Of a DNA stretch of 64,000 nucleotides, positions 28,107 to 37,931 are shown piece by piece. The notes below the pieces were generated by a model. That model had not been told where the DNA came from, searched no databases, and saw only the letters and a program-made list of their open reading frames with translations. Within the stretch, counting starts at the first letter, position 1. Every line of letters starts with the position of its first letter. A program made the position numbers and the translations under genes. Source of the stretch: an uncultured Pseudomonadales bacterium (GTDB taxonomy: Bacteria > Pseudomonadota > Gammaproteobacteria > Pseudomonadales > UBA7434); assembly GCA_905478995.1 (NCBI GenBank), contig CAJQKT010000015.1, forward strand, positions 5,902 through 69,901. Direction: 5' to 3'.

Positions 28107-29522
28107 TTAATCTTCTTTCATACCTAGCTCTTTCATTTTTCTAGTTAGCGTATTTCTTCCCCACCCCAGTAATAACGATGCATCTCGCTTGCGGCCATTG
28201 GTTTTTTGTAAAGCAACTTCAATCATAGATTTTTCAAAAATAGGCACTGCGGCATCAAGAATGCGTTGTTCGCCATTTTGCAACTCATGTGTGGCCCAGC
28301 GACTGAGTTGCTCGTGCCAACTTGAAGCCGGCGATACATCGTCATTGGGTAGTGAAGAGTCGAGCAAATTATCGGGCAAATCGGCGAGCTGAATCTCCGT
28401 GCCAACAGCCATTACCGTTAGCCAGCGGCATACGTTTTCTAACTGCCTGACGTTTCCCGGCCACGGCAGTTTATAGAAGTGCTCGATTACAGGTACGCTG
28501 AGTATTTTAGTTTCTACGTTGAGTTCTTTGCTGCAGTCTTGTAAAAAATGTGCAGCCAATTGCGGGATGTCTTCACTACGATCACATAGTTTTGGCAATT
28601 TCATGCGAATGACATTCAAGCGATGGAATAAGTCATCGCGGAATAGTTTTTGCCCCACTAACTCTTCTAAATTTTGATGCGTCGCTGCTATGATGCGAAC
28701 GTCGACCTTGACCGGTGTATGACCACCAACACGATAGAACTCACCATCAGCTAGTACGCGCAGTAAACGAGTTTGAATATCGGCAGGCATGTCACCAATT
28801 TCATCGAGAAATAGCGTGCCGTGGTTTGCTTGTTCAAACCGACCGATGCGCTGTTGCGCAGCACCGGTAAATGCACCTTTCTCATGGCCAAACAATTCTG
28901 ATTCAACTAAGTCCTTTGGAATGGCGGCCATATTTAACGCGATAAATGCCTGCTCGCGTCGGGGGCTGTGTTTATGCAATGCTTTGGCCACCAGCTCCTT
29001 ACCGGTTCCAGATTCGCCATTGATGAGTACATTGATATTAGAGTGCGACAGCCGGCCTATGGCTCGAAATACCTCCTGCATAGCGGGCGCACGACCAATC
29101 ATCTCGGTGGTCACTTTGTCGTTGCTGCCGTCGTATCCAATGAGATTTTCCTCGGCTACGGCAAGCGCCCGGCGTGTCATTGCCACTACCTCATCAATAT
29201 CAAAGGGCTTGGGCAAATATTCAAAAGCGCCATTTTGATAAGAGGATACGGCGTTATCTAAATCCGAGTGAGCAGTGGTAATGATGACCGGTAATTTAGG
29301 ATGCTTGACCAGAATCTTTTCTAGCATATCTAACCCGTTAATCCCGGGCATGCGAATATCACTTATGACAACGTCAGGGATGTTGCTTTCAAGTTGCTCG
29401 AGTAGTGCCTCGCCATTGGTAAATACATCTACCTCAATACCGGAGCGGGTTAGCGCTTTCTCTAGTACCCAGCGAATAGATTTGTCATCGTCAACGACCC
29501 ATACATGATTGGCCTGTTGCAT
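28107..29522 (-). CDS. ntrC: nitrogen regulation protein NR(I), sigma54-dependent response regulator NtrC
   Basis: Receiver domain (VWVVDDDKSIRWVLEKAL, DIRMPG). AAA+ domain with GESGTGKE and the GAFTGA loop (EKGAFTGA). C-terminal Fis-type HTH. Lies downstream of ntrB. Confidence 0.93.
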   Translation of the reverse strand: MQQANHVWVVDDDKSIRWVLEKALTRSGIEVDVFTNGEALLEQLESNIPDVVISDIRMPGINGLDMLEKILVKHPKLPVIITTAHSDLDNAVSSYQNGAFEYLPKPFDIDEVVAMTRRALAVAEENLIGYDGSNDKVTTEMIGRAPAMQEVFRAIGRLSHSNINVLINGESGTGKELVAKALHKHSPRREQAFIALNMAAIPKDLVESELFGHEKGAFTGAAQQRIGRFEQANHGTLFLDEIGDMPADIQTRLLRVLADGEFYRVGGHTPVKVDVRIIAATHQNLEELVGQKLFRDDLFHRLNVIRMKLPKLCDRSEDIPQLAAHFLQDCSKELNVETKILSVPVIEHFYKLPWPGNVRQLENVCRWLTVMAVGTEIQLADLPDNLLDSSLPNDDVSPASSWHEQLSRWATHELQNGEQRILDAAVPIFEKSMIEVALQKTNGRKRDASLLLGWGRNTLTRKMKELGMKED

Positions 29523-29647
29523 AAAACTAACTCCTAAAACTGCTATGATTAAATTCTTAAAAAATATGTTTAGCGCTTTGTAAATTGGCTCGAATCAATA
29601 GCCAATTACAATGAATGAACCGTTAACTCAATCAAGTTATTGGCTGG

Positions 29648-30748
29648 TTAAATAGTTTGGCCCTCTAGCGGTAAGTAAATAGCAAAACGAGTTTCGCCGC
29701 GCTCACTGCTGCAGTCAATTAAACCCTTATGTTGGTTAATCACCGATTGGGCAATGGCTAAGCCAAGGCCCGAACTTTGTGCATAGCCGCTGACCATTGG
29801 AACGAAAATTTTATCGATCAAGTCTTCTGGTATTCCGGGGCCGTTATCAAATATTTCAATACGGCACACTAGTGCATGGCGACGCCGGCCAATAGTGAAG
29901 TGGCGATATATGCGTGAGCTGATTTGAATTGTTCGACCGGACTCCGTATAGAGGTCTTCATGACCTACGTCCGTTAGTGCGCGCACAGCATTGCGCGTAA
30001 TATTTAATACGACCTGTATTAAGCGCTCACTGTCGGCAAGCATCTCTGGGATGCTTGGATCATAATCTGTGGAGATTTTAATTTGATCGCCAACTTCGAC
30101 TTGAATTAGTTGCCTTACTCGCTCTAACACTTCATGAATATTTATTGTGGCAAATTCTATGGGCTCATTGGGTCCGAGCATTCGATCGACTAACTTGCGC
30201 AGTCGGTCGGCTTCTTGAATAATAATATTGGTATATTCTTTGAGTGCGGGGTCGTCAAATTCTTGCTCAAGTAATTGTGCCGCACCGCGCACGCCGCCTA
30301 GTGGATTTTTGATTTCATGTGCAAGCCCTTTGAGAAGTGCGTTGCTTGATTCTTGCGAAGAAAATAGCCTCGCTTCTTTATTAATCCGCAGCAGTCGATC
30401 GATGGGCTGAATTTCGACCATTAGGGCACTGCCTGGAATGTCATCAACCGGTGTGGCAGTGTAATCAACGGTCGCCTTGACCAGCTCGCTACCATGCAGT
30501 GAAGTGAGTACGGCCTCACGTTGTGTGTGGGGCTGCCCACTGTCCAGCGTTTCTTGCAAGATCCTCTCAGTTTCGCTGGCATCTATTAAAAGTTTACCAA
30601 TAGCTTCTTGTTGGTGGCGGGCACCACTGAGCCCCAGCAATACTTCAGCTGCGGCATTGATATGGCTGAGCCGCAGTTTCTGATCTAAGAGAAGTACCGC
30701 GGTGCTCATATTTTCCAATAAGCGGGTATGTAGGTGTTCAGCAATCAT
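29648..30748 (-). CDS. ntrB: nitrogen regulation sensor histidine kinase NR(II) NtrB
   Basis: Soluble PAS plus HisKA (H-box GLAHEIKNPLGG) plus HATPase (N, G1 DNGPGIP, G2 GLGLAIA). No TM segments. 366 aa. Confidence 0.9.
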   Translation of the reverse strand: MIAEHLHTRLLENMSTAVLLLDQKLRLSHINAAAEVLLGLSGARHQQEAIGKLLIDASETERILQETLDSGQPHTQREAVLTSLHGSELVKATVDYTATPVDDIPGSALMVEIQPIDRLLRINKEARLFSSQESSNALLKGLAHEIKNPLGGVRGAAQLLEQEFDDPALKEYTNIIIQEADRLRKLVDRMLGPNEPIEFATINIHEVLERVRQLIQVEVGDQIKISTDYDPSIPEMLADSERLIQVVLNITRNAVRALTDVGHEDLYTESGRTIQISSRIYRHFTIGRRRHALVCRIEIFDNGPGIPEDLIDKIFVPMVSGYAQSSGLGLAIAQSVINQHKGLIDCSSERGETRFAIYLPLEGQTI

Positions 30749-30924
30749 AAAGAGGACCCATGCAATAAATGTACTCGATAGCCCAAAATTTGATATTTTT
30801 TTCGCATTTAAAATATAAATCTCTTATAAACAGTAAGTTACAATGCTTGGACTAGGCCGGCCTGCACCAATAATGTATTTTTTTAGCGGGTTAGAGCCCC
30901 TTGGCACGGGTGTAGTCTATCTCA

Positions 30925-30941
30925 TGCACACATTTGGTGCG
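30925..30941. promoter_or_regulatory. NtrC-like 17-bp palindromic site upstream of ntrB
   Basis: TGCACACATTTGGTGCG compared with the enterobacterial NtrC consensus TGCACCnnnnTGGTGCA. Lies 177-193 nt upstream of the ntrB ATG. Confidence 0.4.
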
Positions 30942-31119
30942 CGCGGTTCGGTGTAACTTTGGTAAGCATGGGGCAGCCCTTAGCACCTAGGCTGCGGTCG
31001 AAGATAGTGCACGGCTAACTTTGAAGTCTCAATTTCGGGTCAATGGGCATTAACTGAGCAGGGCAAGAGCTGTTACATTAGTCGCGGGCATATAGCGTAG
31101 AGAGGGAGTGGCGGTTTTA

Positions 31120-32316
31120 ATGAGCCGATCAAAAAACAGAGGTGCTGTGAGGTTGAGTTTGATTGGGTTGTTGTGCCTTTCAGTCGGCATTAATATTTAT
31201 TTATTGCTGCCGGTCCTAAAATCATGGTCAATTCCGAGCCTCTCATCTGAAGAGTCATTCGATCGGGCTGAGCCCGTCAATAATAGGCGTGCATTTTCGG
31301 CGCTGGCCCAAACGCAAGGTGATGCCTTAAACGCCGAAAATTTGCAGCTATTATTTGAAGCGGAAGATTTTCGCACGGCATTGCTAGGTTACCAATTGTT
31401 GCAACGCCAAAATCCTCGGCAGAGCCAACTGTTAAAGCAGTCGTGGTTGAAAATCGTAAGAGGGTGGCTCGCGCAAGAGGGTGCTTCGTATCGCGTGGTT
31501 GACTTCACTGAGGCGGGGCTTGATACGCAACCCAATGATTTCGATTTTAGACTGCTTCATGCAGAGCGTTATATAGCTAGCGATAATCCTGAGCATGTAT
31601 TGCGGGCTATTGATATTTATTACGCGTTGCACAACGAATCGACACAGCCATTGCGCGGTGCATTGATTAGTGAAATACAAAAAATAGTAAAAAAGCAGGT
31701 TGATGTGTTAAGCGAGCAACAAGCGTGGCAGCCATTGCTGCGGCTGGCTGAGCGGCTGTTATGGCACGAGCCTATGCACCCGCCCTATATCTTTGTTTAT
31801 GCGCGAACCTTGATAAAGCTTGAGCGCTACAGCCTCGCGAAAAATAGTTTGTTGAGTATTGTTTATGACGAGTACTACGGTGGCAAAGCAAAGCAGATGC
31901 TGGATGAAATTGCGCTGCTTGATTTATCTGATCAAGCCGTTGCGTTACAGGTTGACGGCGCGCATTATCGTGTCGCCGGGAGTATTAATGGGCGCTACCC
32001 TGTCAGCTTAATGATCGACACGGGCGCTTCGTTATCTGTAGTGTCGCCACGGGTTTTAACACAGCTGAACATTAATCCTGCGCCTGTTTTTGTGCGCAAT
32101 GCGACGATCAATACGGCCGGCGGAAAAGTGAATGCACCTGTTTTTACCGTAGAGAACTTTTCAATCGGTGACTATAGCGTACCCAACATGGAGTTTGTGT
32201 TACTTGACATTGATGACGCTGCTGCCGGCGCAGGTCTGCTGGGTATGAACTTTTTGCGTAACTTCGTTTTTAAAATCGACCAAAAAAATAATTTACTGCT
32301 TTTATCAGCTAATTAA
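31120..32316 (+). CDS. membrane-anchored retropepsin-like (clan AA, TIGR02281-type) aspartic protease with helical-repeat N-terminal region
   Basis: N-terminal TM helix. C-terminal GHYRVAGSINGRYPVSLMIDTGASLSVV ... LLGMNFLRNF matches bacterial retropepsin-like proteases. The ATG at 31120 with a GAGGGAG RBS is preferred over the GTG at 31108. Confidence 0.75.
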   Translation: MSRSKNRGAVRLSLIGLLCLSVGINIYLLLPVLKSWSIPSLSSEESFDRAEPVNNRRAFSALAQTQGDALNAENLQLLFEAEDFRTALLGYQLLQRQNPRQSQLLKQSWLKIVRGWLAQEGASYRVVDFTEAGLDTQPNDFDFRLLHAERYIASDNPEHVLRAIDIYYALHNESTQPLRGALISEIQKIVKKQVDVLSEQQAWQPLLRLAERLLWHEPMHPPYIFVYARTLIKLERYSLAKNSLLSIVYDEYYGGKAKQMLDEIALLDLSDQAVALQVDGAHYRVAGSINGRYPVSLMIDTGASLSVVSPRVLTQLNINPAPVFVRNATINTAGGKVNAPVFTVENFSIGDYSVPNMEFVLLDIDDAAAGAGLLGMNFLRNFVFKIDQKNNLLLLSAN

Positions 32317-32426
32317 CGCAGGCCAATTTTTTATCAGGCAGTGCGCGAGATTAGGTGCGTCGATAGGTAGGCCTATTGACTGGCAGGCTTTGTAATCGTT
32401 TGGCACCTAATGTGCGCATTGCTTTT

Positions 32427-33011
32427 TTAGTGTAAGTCTTCAATTAAGCTGGCTTGTGTTTCTGGGGCAATTTCGTCTATGTGTAGTGTGTAAGCCGGAT
32501 GGTCTGTGCCTGCGGCGACACACTCGCCGGCTTTAGCCGCAGCGACCATAGGTGGCGTCAGCTCAAAGCGCATAAAATGTATGGCACTGGTTTTTTCGTC
32601 ATTTTCGCGAGGCATATCTTCATCGGCTATAGCATAAACGCGCCCGTGCTGACCCACTTGAACATAAATATGACGCTCTAAACCTCTTAACGCAATCAGT
32701 TTTTGCTTGCGCTCTGCCACATCAGTAAATTCAATCATGAGCGTTGCTTTCCAATTACTGCCATCGGGCACTAATGGGTTGTAAGCTTCGAGCTCATCGA
32801 GAATGCCGGCTTCGTCAAACGTTTTTTCGGCGTGCAGCATTTCTTGAATTTGATAGCGGATAGTTTGCTCGTCCTCAAATTGAAGCAAAATATTGTCGCC
32901 AATAAATACCTTACGTGTTTTCTTTTGCTTGATGGCGGCTCTGCGTAGTTCGGCGCGCGCCTTGGCATAAGCTTCTAGGGTTAGTAATGAATCTTTTGTG
33001 ATGGTAGGCAT
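32427..33011 (-). CDS. DUF3501 family protein
   Basis: 194 aa. Separated by only 2 nt from the upstream Fe-S gene. I recognise the family by its recurring partnership with CCG-domain Fe-S proteins and rubrerythrin. This has not been checked by a search. Confidence 0.6.
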   Translation of the reverse strand: MPTITKDSLLTLEAYAKARAELRRAAIKQKKTRKVFIGDNILLQFEDEQTIRYQIQEMLHAEKTFDEAGILDELEAYNPLVPDGSNWKATLMIEFTDVAERKQKLIALRGLERHIYVQVGQHGRVYAIADEDMPRENDEKTSAIHFMRFELTPPMVAAAKAGECVAAGTDHPAYTLHIDEIAPETQASLIEDLH

Positions 33012-33013
33012 AA

Positions 33014-34378
33014 TTAAATTCCGTAGGCTTTGCGCACTAAACTAATTGGGTGCGCTTGTTGAACGTCGGTGTTATGAAATTGGTGGATACCTTGCACAAT
33101 ATGCAGCGCCCCTAGCGGGCAATCACTGGCGATATAATTGGCATTGGCCTCATGCATTTTTTTAAATACGGGCTTGCCGATCTTCATGGCATGTTCATGT
33201 GATTCACGCTTAATACCATAAGTGCCTGCGTGCCCACTACAGCGTTCAGTTGTGTGAACTTGGCTGCCAGGTATCGACTTTAAAAACTCTTCTGTTTTCT
33301 TGCCAACATTTTGCACCCGCCCGTGGCAGGGAGTGTGGTACGCAATGCTACCTAGCTCTTGCTTAAAATCGGTTTTGATTAAACCGTCTTTGTCACGCTT
33401 AACTAAGTAGTTAAACGGATCCCAAAAGGCCGCGGCAACCTCCAGTACATCGCTGTCGTTAGGGAACATCAATGGAAGCTCCTGCTTAAACATTAATGTA
33501 CAACTGGGTACGAGCGCTGTAATGGCATAACCGTCGCGCGCCAATTTCAGTAGGTGTGGAATATTGATGCGCTTGAGTGCTTCAACACCAAGTAGGTCGC
33601 CCTGTTCCAGCTTGGGCATGCCACAGCATACTTCTTTTTCCGCTACTGCCCAGGGTATATCGTTGTGTTCCAGTACTGCAATAAAGTCGTGTCCAATGCC
33701 AGGCTCGTTGTAATTGACATAGCAGGTAGCGAATAGGGCGACTTTTCCAGGCGTGCGATCACCGGCAATCACTTTGGGTGCTACCTGTAAACTTGGCTTA
33801 TGTTGTTGGTTAAGCTGTTGGCGAAATTTACGCTTGGCTAACGGTGGCAGTTTTGCGTGTGCATCGATGCCCAGCGTTTTTTCTATGACCTTTCTCGCTG
33901 GTTCCCAAGTATTAACGGTATTGATAGTTTCGGTAATCAACGGGATGCCCGATAGTTTGCCAACGGTGTCCATGCTGGCAATTAAATTATCGCTGGTTTT
34001 TCCGCCAGTGCGCTGATGCTCTACAGCTTTAGCTCGCAGCATCAGGTGAGGGAAGTCGATATTCCAAGGGTGGGGCGGCACATACGGGCATTTAGCCATA
34101 TAGCACATGTCGCACAGGTAGCATTCATCCACCACGTTTTTGTAGTCTTGTTTGGCTACACCGTCAACCTCGAAGGTTTCACTTTCATCAATTAAATCAA
34201 ATAAAGTCGGAAAAGATTCACACAGGCTGACGCAGCGACGGCACCCGTGGCAAATGTCGAATACTCGCTCAAGTTCATCATCCAACTGGGTGGCATCATA
34301 AAACTCTGGATTTTTCCAATCCAGAGGGTGCCGAGTTGGTGCTTCGAGATTCCCTTCGCGAGGACCTTTAGCAGACAT
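33014..34378 (-). CDS. heterodisulfide-reductase-related (HdrD/GlpC-like) iron-sulfur protein with two CCG domains
   Basis: Two ferredoxin-type clusters (CHGCRRCVSLCESFP and CYLCDMCYMAKCP). CCG-type motifs (EVCCGMP and ERCSGHAG). Confidence 0.8.
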   Translation of the reverse strand: MSAKGPREGNLEAPTRHPLDWKNPEFYDATQLDDELERVFDICHGCRRCVSLCESFPTLFDLIDESETFEVDGVAKQDYKNVVDECYLCDMCYMAKCPYVPPHPWNIDFPHLMLRAKAVEHQRTGGKTSDNLIASMDTVGKLSGIPLITETINTVNTWEPARKVIEKTLGIDAHAKLPPLAKRKFRQQLNQQHKPSLQVAPKVIAGDRTPGKVALFATCYVNYNEPGIGHDFIAVLEHNDIPWAVAEKEVCCGMPKLEQGDLLGVEALKRINIPHLLKLARDGYAITALVPSCTLMFKQELPLMFPNDSDVLEVAAAFWDPFNYLVKRDKDGLIKTDFKQELGSIAYHTPCHGRVQNVGKKTEEFLKSIPGSQVHTTERCSGHAGTYGIKRESHEHAMKIGKPVFKKMHEANANYIASDCPLGALHIVQGIHQFHNTDVQQAHPISLVRKAYGI

Positions 34379-34476
34379 TATTGATCTCCAAATTAATCAA
34401 TAGTTTTGAGGTGAACCGCAAGCTCACGATGTGGCTTGGGCTGAAAAATATTAACGTTACAAGAGGTTTTTTGGCT

Positions 34477-34509
34477 AAAAAAAAGCGCCGGGCTAAACCG
34501 ACGCTTTTT
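34477..34509 (-). terminator. rho-independent terminator downstream of the rubrerythrin gene
   Basis: On the minus strand the stem is AGCGTCGG / CCGGCGCT with one mismatch, followed by U8. The plus strand has A8 ... T5 flanks. Confidence 0.7.
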
Positions 34510-34558
34510 GTATAGCCCCAATCGCACGAGGTAAAGGCGATTGCAATTTCCGACTAAC

Positions 34559-34990
34559 TTAAGCTTCGGCGTTATAAGCTTCGAGCGTTTTTGCGAATTT
34601 ATTCGCGTGGCTACGTTCAGCCTTGCCTAGTGTCTCAAACCAATCGGCAATTTCGTCGAAACCTTCTTCGCGTGCGGCTTTAGCCATGCCAGGATACATA
34701 TCGGTATATTCATGTGTCTCACCGGCAATAGCCGCGGCAAGCGCTTCTGCTGAATTGCCAGCTGGCATACCCGTGCCAGGCTCGCCGCATCCTCCAGCAA
34801 TTAAATGCTCCATGTGACCGTGCGCATGGCCAGTCTCGCCTTCAGCTGTATTGCGAAAAACATTCGCGACTTCTGGCGCGCCTTCGATGTCCGCCATGTT
34901 GGCGAAGTATAAGTAACGTCGATTGGCCTGCGATTCGCCAGCGAAGGCGTCTTTTAAATTGGCTTCGGTTTTGCTGCCTTTGAGTGACAT
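34559..34990 (-). CDS. rubrerythrin-family diiron four-helix-bundle protein (no rubredoxin domain)
   Basis: 143 aa. Contains E..ExxH twice (GESQANRRY / [10 protein letters not shown] and GETHEY / [10 protein letters not shown]). Confidence 0.85.
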   Translation of the reverse strand: MSLKGSKTEANLKDAFAGESQANRRYLYFANMADIEGAPEVANVFRNTAEGETGHAHGHMEHLIAGGCGEPGTGMPAGNSAEALAAAIAGETHEYTDMYPGMAKAAREEGFDEIADWFETLGKAERSHANKFAKTLEAYNAEA

Positions 34991-35351
34991 GATTGATCTC
35001 CAGTTGTTAGTAAAATAAAAAAGTTTTCACGGCTTTCATGATGTGCTTGCCCCAGCATGATGGCGCGGCGAAGCACACATTCAAAAGAGCCTACAAGTGA
35101 AACTAAGTTATTGTAAGCTGTTTTTTGAGCCCGCTTCTACTATTTGTATCAATGCAGAGATGGTTTTCTTACATTCGTCGATAGTAATACTACGTAGCTG
35201 ATATATCCGCAGATCAATGGTAGTCAGTGGATTGTGGGCTGTAAAATTGTTTGGTTCTATGGGTCTCATTGGTTTTAGCTATCACACCGGCAGCGAATTC
35301 ATTCTCATGCCCCTGATGGTTGTAATTTTCTGCTGGGGGCGTAAATGCAAT

Positions 35352-35930
35352 CTACTGGCGTGAGCTGGGCTTGGTTCGTTTAATAGCCGCTAGATGCTTT
35401 TCGGCATCGGTGACATTCTGTTCTAGCGCGCGTAGTTTTTCAAAATATTGCTCTGAAGGGCGCCCGCCACCGCCGGCGCGTCCGACAAAATCGCCCTCGG
35501 AGGCAATTACGCCTTGCTCAAGAGCTTTTTTTGCTTGGCTGAGTTGTTGCCGGGCTGCTAGCAATGATTGTTTCCATGCCTTAATTTCGTTTTTAGTGGG
35601 TCGGTTGGCTTTTTGTTGTTGTTCATCAGCCTGCCTTTTTTTTTGGGCTTCACGCAGCCACTCAGGGTGATTGTCATCAATGGCTTCGGGCGCAAGGCTA
35701 GTATTTTTGGATTTTTCGTCAACAGTAATGCTCTCGCTACTGAATTTGCCTGAGCGTTGATCGAGATTGACTGGCGGCTGATCAGTAAAGCTAATATTGC
35801 CGTTGGCATCAATAACCCGATAAATGTCAGCGCTGCTTGGGCTGCTATAGAGTAGTGCAACCGATAAGCAGGCAGCAATGGCTCTGTCAGTCAGCAGCCT
35901 AGCTAAGTGAGATAAGAGGTTCTGTTGCAT
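35352..35930 (-). CDS. DUF4124 domain-containing secreted protein
   Basis: Signal peptide, an IYRVIDANGNISFTDQPP motif typical of DUF4124, and a charged coiled-coil tail. Confidence 0.7.
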   Translation of the reverse strand: MQQNLLSHLARLLTDRAIAACLSVALLYSSPSSADIYRVIDANGNISFTDQPPVNLDQRSGKFSSESITVDEKSKNTSLAPEAIDDNHPEWLREAQKKRQADEQQQKANRPTKNEIKAWKQSLLAARQQLSQAKKALEQGVIASEGDFVGRAGGGGRPSEQYFEKLRALEQNVTDAEKHLAAIKRTKPSSRQ

Positions 35931-36021
35931 GGTTGGCCTCGTTAGCGTTGGGGTGCATGTGTTGTGGGAAGCACCTAGTGTAAAGTATTCCGCAGCGGCT
36001 TTAGGAGCTATTTTTTGGCAT

Positions 36022-36050
36022 AAAAAAACCCGCCGTTAAGGCGGGTTTTT
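36022..36050 (-). terminator. rho-independent terminator of glnA
   Basis: CCCGCC-gttaa-GGCGGG stem flanked by A7 and T5. On the minus strand the stem is followed by U7. Lies 33 nt after the glnA stop. Confidence 0.85.
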
Positions 36051-36082
36051 ATCTTACCAAGATCTCTTCACTAATTAAAAAT

Positions 36083-37489
36083 TTAGCAAGAGTAGTACAG
36101 CCCAAATTCAATCGGGTGAGTAGTCATGGCTAATGCCTCAACTTCTTCACGTTTTAAAGCAATGTAGCCGTCGATCATATCATCGCACATTACACCGCCC
36201 GCCTTGAGGAATTCGCGATCTGCATCAAGCGCATCGAGTGCTTGCTCGAGGCTGCTTGCTACAGTTGGGATTCCGGCTGCTTCTTCAGCAGTGAGGTCAT
36301 ATAAATCGGTATCGGCAGCATCGCCAGGGTGAATCTTGTTTTTGATGCCGTCGATGCCTGCCATCAGCATTGCTGAAAAGGCCAGGTAGGGGTTAGCCGT
36401 ACAATCTGGGAACCTTACCTCAATACGACGCGCCTTAGGGCTAGGTACGAATGGTATGCGGATAGACGCAGAGCGATTGCGCGCCGAGTAGGCCAGCATA
36501 ACCGGCGCTTCAAAGCCCGGAACCAAGCGCTTGTAAGAGTTGGTTGATGCGTTAGCAAAAGCGTTAATTGCACGAGCATGCTTGATAACACCACCAATGT
36601 AGTACAGTGCGGTTTCTGAAAGGCCGCCGTAAGCATCGCCTGCCATTAAGTTAACACCATCTTTCGAGATAGATTGGTGGCAATGCATTCCGCTGCCGTT
36701 GTCGCCAACGATCGGCTTGGGCATAAACGTAGATGTTTTGCCGTAAGCATGGGCTACATTGTGCACGCAGTACTTGAGAATTTGTACTTCATCAGCTTTT
36801 TTGGTCAGTGTGTTCGGGCCAACGCCAATTTCACATTGGCCAGCTGTGCCTACTTCGTGGTGATGTACTTCTATCTCTAGGCCCATATCGGCCATGGCAC
36901 GACACATTGCAGCACGAACGTCATGCAGTGAGTCGACTGGTGGTACAGGAAAGTAGCCGCCTTTAACGCCAGGGCGGTGACCCGTGTTGCCGTCTTCAAA
37001 TGATTTACGGTTGGCCCATGCTGCTTCTTCAGAATTGATTTCGTAGCCGGCGCCGCTCATTTCGCTATGCCATTTAACGTCGTCAAAGCAGAAAAATTCA
37101 GGTTCAGGGCCAAACAATACTGAGTCGGCAATACCCGTTGATTTCAAATATTCTTCAGCACGAAGTGCTACTGAGCGCGGGTCACGGTTGTAGCCTTCGC
37201 CAGTGAGAGGCTCGACGATTGAGCAGCGCAGGTTAACGGTTGTTTCGTCGGTAAAGGGATCAACTACAGCAGTGCTGTCGTCAGGCATCAAAATCATGTC
37301 TGATTCGTTAATGCCTTTCCAGCCTGAAATTGAAGAGCCATCAAACATCTTGCCTTCTTCAAAAAATTTGTCATTAATTTCGTGAACAGGGATCGAAACG
37401 TGTTGTTCTTTGCCCTTTGTATCGGTGAAGCGCAAATCGACCCAAGTCGCTTCGCTGTCTTTTATAAGCTTCAGAGTGTTCTCTGACAT
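36083..37489 (-). CDS. glnA: glutamine synthetase type I
   Basis: 468 aa from the ATG at 37489, with a GGAGG RBS. Classic GSI motifs are present ([19 protein letters not shown]). An adenylylation-site Tyr context is present (DLYDLTAEE). Confidence 0.95.
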   Translation of the reverse strand: MSENTLKLIKDSEATWVDLRFTDTKGKEQHVSIPVHEINDKFFEEGKMFDGSSISGWKGINESDMILMPDDSTAVVDPFTDETTVNLRCSIVEPLTGEGYNRDPRSVALRAEEYLKSTGIADSVLFGPEPEFFCFDDVKWHSEMSGAGYEINSEEAAWANRKSFEDGNTGHRPGVKGGYFPVPPVDSLHDVRAAMCRAMADMGLEIEVHHHEVGTAGQCEIGVGPNTLTKKADEVQILKYCVHNVAHAYGKTSTFMPKPIVGDNGSGMHCHQSISKDGVNLMAGDAYGGLSETALYYIGGVIKHARAINAFANASTNSYKRLVPGFEAPVMLAYSARNRSASIRIPFVPSPKARRIEVRFPDCTANPYLAFSAMLMAGIDGIKNKIHPGDAADTDLYDLTAEEAAGIPTVASSLEQALDALDADREFLKAGGVMCDDMIDGYIALKREEVEALAMTTHPIEFGLYYSC

Positions 37490-37844
37490 GGTTAATCCTC
37501 CGGATCTAAAACCCAAACGTGGGTGGTTAAAAATGAAAAAGCTAAACGTTATGCAGATATATAGCGGTATCGAATGCGCTTCTTGCTACTGCCAACTACT
37601 CCAACTGCCGAGGCAATTGTGTTGAGGGGCGGCGATTTTATACTGTTTGGCTACCAAAAAGGTAGACCAATGGATAAATCACAGTTTCCATCTATGTTGC
37701 TGCCCATTGTGCAGTCGGCGCACAGGCTCTACTCGTCGTGCCATTGCCCAGCTGTGTACGTAATTAACAAACCAAATGTCAGCCTGTTTTTTAGCGCAAG
37801 ACGGGCTGCGGCCGTCGACGAATAGCCAACTTACCCTCCCTATA

Positions 37845-37860
37845 AGCAAGCGGCGTACCA
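37845..37860 (-). promoter_or_regulatory. sigma54 (-24/-12) promoter, glnAp2-like
   Basis: The minus strand reads TGGTAC-GCCGC-TTGCT, against the consensus TGGCAC-N5-TTGCW. The predicted TSS is near 37834. Confidence 0.65.
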
Positions 37861-37931
37861 TTAACTTGATCGTGGCCGAATGGGTAAGTAGCTGATTTTA
37901 TTAAGTGATGCTCGCCAGCCTTTGAGCAAGG

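Noticed and set aside
28789-29261. 149-aa and 97-aa plus-strand ORFs antisense to ntrC. Similar antisense ORFs occur within ctpA, envC, mshL, mshQ, glnA, tolC and parE.
   Set aside because: They are shadow ORFs inside well-supported genes. They lack RBSs and have low-complexity, Ser/Arg/Cys-rich translations.
30901-30916. Plus-strand TGGCAC-GGGTG-TAGTC as a sigma54 promoter for the protease gene.
   Set aside because: The invariant GC of the -12 element is missing at the required spacing (the sequence has GT).
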